From assembly GCA_963716255.1 (NCBI GenBank), contig OY970303.1, forward strand, positions 4,896,001 to 4,960,000: a stretch of DNA of 64,000 bases, read 5' to 3'. The position numbers and the translations under genes were made by a program. Positions 57,994 through 64,000 of this stretch are shown here, piece by piece (position 1 is the stretch's first letter; each line of letters begins with the position of its first letter). The notes beneath the pieces were generated by a model. The model was not told the DNA's origin and did no database searches. It saw nothing but the letters and a program-made list of their open reading frames with translations. The DNA comes from an uncultured Gemmatimonadales bacterium (GTDB taxonomy: Bacteria; Gemmatimonadota; Gemmatimonadetes; Longimicrobiales; Longimicrobiaceae).

Positions 57994-59372
57994 CACGACA
58001 CCGCCGTGTCGGGGGAGGCGTGTGCAGCGAAAAGGCCCTCATCATCCCCCTCGATCTGCTCCATCGCCTTCTGAGCTTCCGGGTCGTCGTCCGACGACAG
58101 CCACTCATCGTCGCTGATCCCCACCGGGCTCTCGAAGGCAAGGAAGTCCCCGAAGCCGAGGTGCGGATAGGGTGCATCCGCGAACAGGTCCGGCGTCTCC
58201 GGGTCCTTCAGGAGGAACGCCCACATGACCGCCTGACCGAGAACCGCGGGGTTCTTCTCCAGCTTCCGGATACCGCTCAGGAGCTTCGAGGCGTTGTGGT
58301 GGACCTGCCGGCCGTCGGAGGTGAAGCGGTAGGTCGGGTCGATCTGGAGGAACCACTCCTCACCGAACTGGCGGAACCGGCCGTAGAAGGCGTGGTGTCG
58401 GTAGTATGTCCAGATCGCATCGTCGACCTTCTTCGTGTAATCCAGGAAGACCTTGCGGCTCGCGTCTTTTGCCAGGCTCCGGTAGCGGACGACGCGCGGC
58501 TTCAGGTCCTTCGTCGCGGTGAAGTGGTAGTATTTCTCCTCGGCATCGAACCGGACGTGGAGGCGCTGAAGCCGCGTGCGGAGGCACTGGTTCAGCAGAG
58601 CGACGAAGTCGTTCTGGCGGTCCTCGTCGAGCGAGTTGGTCCAGTCGTCCACGTCGAACTCCTCCACCGTGCCCGGATCACAGATCCTCCTCCATTCTCG
58701 TGTCGAGAGATCATGCACGCTGACGATCCCCTTGCCACGATAGGACCACTCCTGCGCGTCCGGGGCGCCGGCCTCGTTGAGGCGCTCCCGGACGGCTTTC
58801 CCGCTGGTACATTCCGTGTACGCGTGGAAGACTCGGGTCGGCAGGCGAGTGACCCGGAGAAGGTTGGAGAGGATCCTCTCCGGCTTCAGGGGCGGCGCGA
58901 GGTACGTTCCGCCCGCGTTCGAAGCGGCAACCGCGAGGAGGCGCTGAAGCGCGGACTCGTCGAACCTGTCGCTCGCCTTGTCGAACCAAACCTTCCGGCT
59001 CTTTCGATGGGCCGGATCCTTGAAATAGTCCTTGACCGAGACCCAGTAGGCTTCGTCCGTGGTGGGCCGAGACACGACCAGGACGATCGGCTTGTTGCCC
59101 TTCATCCAGTAGTCGAGATCCTCCTGCGCGCAGACGTAGGCCGCCCGGGTATCCGTTTCCGAGCTGAGCTGGGTGGTGGTGGCCTTCGACTGCACGGGTA
59201 GATGCAGGTTCAGCATCTCCCCGGTCGTAGGATCTCTGAACTCGATGTACCCATCGGTGCCGGCCTCGAGACCACCCGTCGGGTGCCAGATGGAGCCCAT
59301 CTTCAGCACCGTGGTCTCGATCAGCGCTACGCCTTGCTGGCCGGTTATTCCCGTGGCCCGGATCTTCTTCAT
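57993..59372 (-). CDS. DUF4365 (restriction-endonuclease fold) - APAZ partner of short pAgo
   Basis: G..GV..I...GTDGYIE...VQSKAT, DLDYW..N.P.VLV; C-terminal SNLL...FLQIDPTYRFTSDG...EKNPAV..Q..MW; TGATG coupling to ago. Confidence 0.85.
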   Translation of the reverse strand: MKKIRATGITGQQGVALIETTVLKMGSIWHPTGGLEAGTDGYIEFRDPTTGEMLNLHLPVQSKATTTQLSSETDTRAAYVCAQEDLDYWMKGNKPIVLVVSRPTTDEAYWVSVKDYFKDPAHRKSRKVWFDKASDRFDESALQRLLAVAASNAGGTYLAPPLKPERILSNLLRVTRLPTRVFHAYTECTSGKAVRERLNEAGAPDAQEWSYRGKGIVSVHDLSTREWRRICDPGTVEEFDVDDWTNSLDEDRQNDFVALLNQCLRTRLQRLHVRFDAEEKYYHFTATKDLKPRVVRYRSLAKDASRKVFLDYTKKVDDAIWTYYRHHAFYGRFRQFGEEWFLQIDPTYRFTSDGRQVHHNASKLLSGIRKLEKNPAVLGQAVMWAFLLKDPETPDLFADAPYPHLGFGDFLAFESPVGISDDEWLSSDDDPEAQKAMEQIEGDDEGLFAAHASPDTAVS

Positions 59373-59422
59373 GGGGTAGTTGCGCTCTCTGCCGCACGCC
59401 GCGTTGGGATGGGTATTCGCGA

Positions 59423-60475
59423 TCAGCTGTCCGGCGCGCGGGGCGGGAGGCGACGCGCGCGAGCCCGGAGCGCGTCCAGGTTGGCGCGCTCGCCCTCCGC
59501 TTCCAGCAGCTCGCGGCGGCGTGCGGCGAACTTCTCGTACTCGGCCTCGGCGTGGCTGTCGGCGTCGGCTTTGCGTACGTGGCCGGCGTCGGGGAGCACG
59601 TCGCGCTCGTTGAAGCGGAGGAACGCGTCCAGCCGCTCCTCCCAGTCACGTAGGAACACCTGTCGGCGCCGGCGGGCCTGGTCTTCGGCGTAGTCCAGCC
59701 ACATGACGACGATGCGGTTCAGCTCGTCGATCTCGCCGTCGCGCAGGTAGTTCTTGGCCACCGTCACGTCGCCCTTGCGAACGTCCGCGCCCTTCCAGGT
59801 GGTCAGCCCCATGTGGGGCCGTCCATGGTTCGCCCGCTCGCGGATCAGCTCGGCGGCTGTCCTGCCGGTGGCGGCGAAGTGCAGCTTGTTCTGGATCGTC
59901 TGGAAGAAGCGCGCGGTCTGCTCGTGGTTGGGGACGTAGTCGGCGGCCATGGCGAAGATCTCGCGCACGCGCAGGTACATGCGTCGTTCGCTGGCGCGGA
60001 TGTCCCGGATCCGCTCCAGCAGCTCGCCGAAGTAGTCGGGCACGCCCTGGCCGTCGATGGGCGGATTGCGCAGCCGCTCGTCGTCCAGGGTGAAGCCCTT
60101 CACCAGGTACTCGCGCAGCCGCTCCGTGGCCCAGCGGCGGAACTGCGTGCCGCGCACCGAGCGCACCCGGTATCCCACCGCCAGGATGGCGTCCAGGCTG
60201 TAGTGCTTCACCAAGCGGCGGACCTCCCGAGCGCCCTCCCGGCGAACCTGTAAGTATTCCTTACAGGTTGCCTCCTCATCGATCTCGCCCTCCTGGTACA
60301 GCTGCTTCAGGTGCTGCGTGACGTTCTGCGGCGTGGTCTGGAACAGCTCGGCCATGAGCGCCTGGCTCAGCCAGAGCGTCTCGTCGGCGAAGCGGCATTC
60401 CACGCGCGTGCGGCCGTCCTCCGTCTCGTAGAGGACCAGCTCGCCGCGCGCGGTATCGGACTCGTCTTCGCGCAT
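59423..60475 (-). CDS. rhuM: RhuM-family DNA-binding protein
   Basis: LYETEDG...ETLWLSQ..MAELF, HYSLDAILAVGYRVRS.RGTQFRRWAT, ERIRDIRASERR, QNKLHFA.TG.TAAE. Start may be 60508. Confidence 0.92.
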   Translation of the reverse strand: MREDESDTARGELVLYETEDGRTRVECRFADETLWLSQALMAELFQTTPQNVTQHLKQLYQEGEIDEEATCKEYLQVRREGAREVRRLVKHYSLDAILAVGYRVRSVRGTQFRRWATERLREYLVKGFTLDDERLRNPPIDGQGVPDYFGELLERIRDIRASERRMYLRVREIFAMAADYVPNHEQTARFFQTIQNKLHFAATGRTAAELIRERANHGRPHMGLTTWKGADVRKGDVTVAKNYLRDGEIDELNRIVVMWLDYAEDQARRRRQVFLRDWEERLDAFLRFNERDVLPDAGHVRKADADSHAEAEYEKFAARRRELLEAEGERANLDALRARARRLPPRAPDS

Positions 60476-60713
60476 TCCGCTCACAGGCTCCGCACGTTCT
60501 GCAGCCACCGTCGGTCGAGGACCGCGGTCGGGTGGGGTTCCGACGGCGCTTCCAGCGAAGGCTCCGTCGCCGGCGGTGAACGTATGGCCACAAACAGACG
60601 CTCGCCAGGGAGATGGGCCCCATCACCCCGGGTTCCTGCACGCGTTCTGGCGCCCTGAAAAGCAGCACACTTGCCGCGGCGATCGGCTGCGACGGTCGAG
60701 GAATGGAGGCCGA

Positions 60714-62318
60714 CTACGAGCGGACGACGATTGCAGGACGGAAGGCGGTGAGCCTCTCCTCGATCTCTTCGGGGCTGGGTAGGTCAATGTATGTGCGGTG
60801 CTCGTCCGGCATGAACGGCGGCAGCAGGGTGACGTACGCGTCCATCGCCCCCCCGTGCGGGTTGCTGTGTCCCGCGTAGGCCCGGAGCGCCGGGGCGGGG
60901 ATCCGCGTCGACCCCCAAGACAGGTGGGTCGCGCGGAAGATGTGCGTGCACCTGCGGGGCAGCTTCAGTCCGGCGAGGAGGAGCACCCGGGCGATGCGGC
61001 CCTGGTACGTCTTCTTGCTTCCCTGCGTGAACGGGCGCGCCGGGTGCGTCTGGACGGCGAAGGAGCCCGGGGCGGGTGAGCCGCCCTGGAGCGCGCGCAG
61101 GCGCTCCAGCCAGGGGACGAGCGAGCGCTGGAGCGGGATCCAGCGCGCGGCATTGTACGACTTGGTCCCGGGGATGAACGCCGCCTCCAACTCCCGGCGG
61201 AAGCACAGCCACCGGAGCGCCGTCTCCTCCTCGATCCGGGCGGCGGTGCCGAGTTGGAGGGCGATCACCTCGGTCGTGTTCGGCAGGACCCGGACGGCGA
61301 CGTTGGGCCTCCCCGCGATCAGCTCGCGGTCGTACCACATCGCCGCGGCGAGGATGTCGACCACCTGCTCGCGCGTGTAGACGTTCGGCTCCATCAGTTC
61401 CTCGATCCTCCCCTCCCGCGCGGCATTCCGCCGCTGCTTGGCGATCTCCCGGTCCGCGAGCCGGACCCCGGCGAACGGCGGTTCCTCGTCGGGGCAGGCG
61501 TAGCGCCACACGGCGGTGAGCGTGTCCCGCGCATTGGTCCGGGTCCGGAGCTTCGCCGGCCGTCGAGCCGTCCTTCCTCCCTCCCTCTGGACCACCTGCA
61601 GGTTCTCCAAGAAGTCCCGCACGACCTCGCGGGTCAGCGCCGCCAGCGGCCGCGAACCGAGCATGGGCACGACGTGGACCCGGCACACGCTCCGGCGGTT
61701 AGCCACGGTGTTGTGGTCCGCGCCGAGCTCCGCCTCCAGGTGGTCGAGGTACCGGTCCACGGCCTCGCTGACCCGCAGCGTGGCGATACCGCCGACGCGG
61801 GCGAGGGCGTTCCCCTGCTGCAGAAACGGCACGTAGTGGCTCCGGACCCAGGCTTCGGCGACCGCGAACTCGCCCGTGGTCCGCCCATAGTCCGGCCACC
61901 GCGGGTCGGCCGGGCAGAAGACCGTCATCGTCCTCTTCTGCCCCTTCGCGGGGTCCCGGCCCCACTCCTTGTTCCGCAGGTCCAGCTCGTACACGACTCC
62001 GCCCGCGTTCGCGCGCGTGCGGAGCTGCGCGACGAGCCGGTCGGCGAAGGTCGTCGGCCGGTGTCCCCTTTTCCGGCGGCCTCTGCGCCGCTGCTTTTCC
62101 GCCAAAGAATCCCCCCGTGCTGCGCTGGACGGGGACACCGCCGCGGCTCTCGCGGGCTGGACCCTTTCCCCGTTCATGGGACGGGGAGGCGGCACCTTCT
62201 CGGCGCCTGGCGGAGTGCCCGGGGGCAGGGGGGAGGAGATCGCACGGTCCAGCCAGGGGCGTAGCCGGGCGGGCTCGCGCCCGGCGCGAAGGACGCGGAC
62301 GGAGTCATCGGGACTCAC
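60714..62318 (-). CDS. Tyrosine recombinase / integrase
   Basis: Core-binding region (V.EAVDRYL...HVVPMLG...LAALT...V), catalytic R (TAARIEE), K (GTKS), HxxR (HIFR), H (AGHS), Y (DAYV). Start uncertain. Confidence 0.8.
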   Translation of the reverse strand: MSPDDSVRVLRAGREPARLRPWLDRAISSPLPPGTPPGAEKVPPPRPMNGERVQPARAAAVSPSSAARGDSLAEKQRRRGRRKRGHRPTTFADRLVAQLRTRANAGGVVYELDLRNKEWGRDPAKGQKRTMTVFCPADPRWPDYGRTTGEFAVAEAWVRSHYVPFLQQGNALARVGGIATLRVSEAVDRYLDHLEAELGADHNTVANRRSVCRVHVVPMLGSRPLAALTREVVRDFLENLQVVQREGGRTARRPAKLRTRTNARDTLTAVWRYACPDEEPPFAGVRLADREIAKQRRNAAREGRIEELMEPNVYTREQVVDILAAAMWYDRELIAGRPNVAVRVLPNTTEVIALQLGTAARIEEETALRWLCFRRELEAAFIPGTKSYNAARWIPLQRSLVPWLERLRALQGGSPAPGSFAVQTHPARPFTQGSKKTYQGRIARVLLLAGLKLPRRCTHIFRATHLSWGSTRIPAPALRAYAGHSNPHGGAMDAYVTLLPPFMPDEHRTYIDLPSPEEIEERLTAFRPAIVVRS

Positions 62319-62736
62319 TCCGCGGCGCTGGAGGCCCCACCTCGGCCGCTGGCCTGCTTTGCAGGTAGTCGCACATCGCGTCCGGGCCGATCAGGTAAGC
62401 CCCATGGTCGCGCCCTTCCACTTTACGGTGGTGCCGCATGCCTCCGGCCTGGACTGCCAGCCTGAGCTCGCGGACGGAGATGCCCTGGAGCAGGGCCGAC
62501 CATTCGCGGGGCTTCAGACCGGCATCGCCGTATTCCCGGCGGACCCACTCCACCACCTGATCGGCGGTCCAGGGCGTCTCCCCTCTGTCGATGTCGCCGC
62601 GGACCTCCACCGCCCGGTGGGCGTCCGCGGGGACCTGTATGGAAACGATCTGGATCGACGTCCCGGGACGGGCCTCCATCACCAAGCGCTGGATGTCGTC
62701 GAGGGTCATCGCTCCTCCCGCTATCGTCATCCCCAT
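62305..62736 (-). CDS. Hypothetical protein with C-terminal excisionase-like winged HTH
   Basis: LKPREWSALL.GISVRELRLAV..G.M...GAYLI...M..YL; adjacent to the integrase; AAGGA RBS. Confidence 0.5.
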   Translation of the reverse strand: MGMTIAGGAMTLDDIQRLVMEARPGTSIQIVSIQVPADAHRAVEVRGDIDRGETPWTADQVVEWVRREYGDAGLKPREWSALLQGISVRELRLAVQAGGMRHHRKVEGRDHGAYLIGPDAMCDYLQSRPAAEVGPPAPRSESR

Positions 62737-62845
62737 GTATCGTCCTTTCCGGATCTATGAGAGGAATCGACCCGTTGCCGCGCGGAGTCGGTCCTGGCTC
62801 CGGATGCGTGCTACCGGAAGGGCAGGCTGCCGGCTGTTCCTCTGG

Positions 62846-64000
62846 TTATGGGGAGCCAGGATGCCGGCCCTGTGGCTTGCCCGGATGGAGCCAGGCGCGC
62901 ACAGCTGCGTCCGACGGTGCGCTGCGGATGTGAGGCGGTACGTAGACGTATGCCGTTCGCTGCTTGTAGGTGCGCCACCCGTTCGGTGCGATAGCGTAGA
63001 CGCGTGTCACCGCCCCCGACCGGATCCCGTGGTACAGAGCCCCAGGCGAGGGATAACCGGATGGGAGGCCAAGCATTCCCCGGACCTCCCTGAGCGGAAC
63101 GAAATCACCGGCCTGATACTCAGGCCTTCCGAGCTCCGCGACCACCTCCTCCAGGGGGCGCCCGCGAGATGGGACATACTTTTTTCGCCTGAGCTCCCAG
63201 TCGGCCGGAAGTGACGCCGTTCGGGCATAGACGCGTCCAGCCTCATCCCGCTCTACCATCGCAAGCCGAAGCATCGACCTGGGCAGCCGGGAGTGCCTGC
63301 GGAGGACGATCACCTCTGCCTCGTCCCACCCGGTGCGACGGCAAACGTCCCGGCGAGCGTATGTGGGAAAAGCGATGTGCAGCTCGCGCATTGTAGGCTG
63401 GAGAAGCAAACCGTCCTCCCCCCAGCGAGCCGGGCCCAGCCGGCCCTTCAGGGCCGCCCTGAGAACCTCCTTCGTCTCCAATTCCAGGTCCAGCGCAAGC
63501 TCGCCCACAGTTCGATGGAGGCCACCGCGGGGTCTCACCGTTTCGAGGTGCTCGTGCAGAGCGGCGGCTCCGAGCACCCGGCTGGGAGTCCATGGGAACG
63601 ATCTTCGCTCTCCACTCGTGGCAGCGCTGATCTCAGCGGCCACATCGGCTGGCAGGATGCCCTGCCGCAGCTGGTGATACGCCCGGACCCGTGCGGCGTG
63701 GCTGCAGCGGAAGTGGCCACCGAAGAATACACGCCGCACCGAGGCTCCCGCTGGAAAGCACACCTCGACTTCGTACACCGAGCGTCCGACACACATGACG
63801 TGGATCGACTCCGTGAGCGTGTCCACGATCTGCCGAAGCATGCCTTCAACCTTCCTCGCGCGGCGGACGAGTTCGGGCAGGTCGCTGCCGAGCCCGAGGA
63901 TCCGTTTCATGTCCACTGCGCGGGCTTCCTGGAAATGCCGCTCGTCCTCGCGGAGCTGGCGCAGCTCGGATTCGGCCCGCACCAAGTCCCGCCTCAACTT
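62846..64000 (-). CDS. C-terminal part of a probable large serine recombinase-like protein (5' end outside the window)
   Basis: Coiled coil then LRQIVDTLTESIHV...EVEVCFPAG, VAAEISA...PWT..RV and further HTH-like segments. The catalytic domain is not visible. Confidence 0.45.
   Translation of the reverse strand, partial: KLRRDLVRAESELRQLREDERHFQEARAVDMKRILGLGSDLPELVRRARKVEGMLRQIVDTLTESIHVMCVGRSVYEVEVCFPAGASVRRVFFGGHFRCSHAARVRAYHQLRQGILPADVAAEISAATSGERRSFPWTPSRVLGAAALHEHLETVRPRGGLHRTVGELALDLELETKEVLRAALKGRLGPARWGEDGLLLQPTMRELHIAFPTYARRDVCRRTGWDEAEVIVLRRHSRLPRSMLRLAMVERDEAGRVYARTASLPADWELRRKKYVPSRGRPLEEVVAELGRPEYQAGDFVPLREVRGMLGLPSGYPSPGALYHGIRSGAVTRVYAIAPNGWRTYKQRTAYVYVPPHIRSAPSDAAVRAWLHPGKPQGRHPGSP

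Overview
High-GC bacterial window. Gene content is compatible with a Gemmatimonadota-like organism (inference only). The left half (1-33 kb) is a stress/ion-homeostasis region: Pal, USPs, an NtrC-type two-component pair, MscS x2, K+ channels, Ca/Na and cation/H+ antiporters, ClC, a dicarboxylate symporter, and GntR and MarR regulators with visible palindromic operators. It is interrupted by two lower-GC patches, each bracketed by a decayed duplicate of a neighbouring gene end; the larger patch carries IS5 and ISL3 remnants. The right half (36-64 kb) is a defence island next to recombinase genes. It holds (i) a six-gene cassette of a divergent ECF-like sigma factor, a candidate anti-sigma, an ImmA/IrrE peptidase-UvrD helicase-AddB-like fusion, a ubiquitin-like protein, a Cys-less E2 and a JAB-E1 fusion, (ii) an Mre11/Rad50-like (YhaO/YhaN) pair plus an unknown gene, (iii) a Shango-like TerB/DUF2791/Lhr triad, (iv) a short prokaryotic Argonaute with a DUF4365-APAZ partner (SPARDA-type), and (v) rhuM, a tyrosine recombinase, an excisionase-like gene and a probable large serine recombinase C-terminus. 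The most striking unannotated signal is the bipartite motif CGCACAT-N13-TCCGTT, found three times with identical spacing at the boundaries of the sigma/ubiquitin cassette; it looks like that sigma factor's own promoter. No rRNA, tRNA or CRISPR array was seen.
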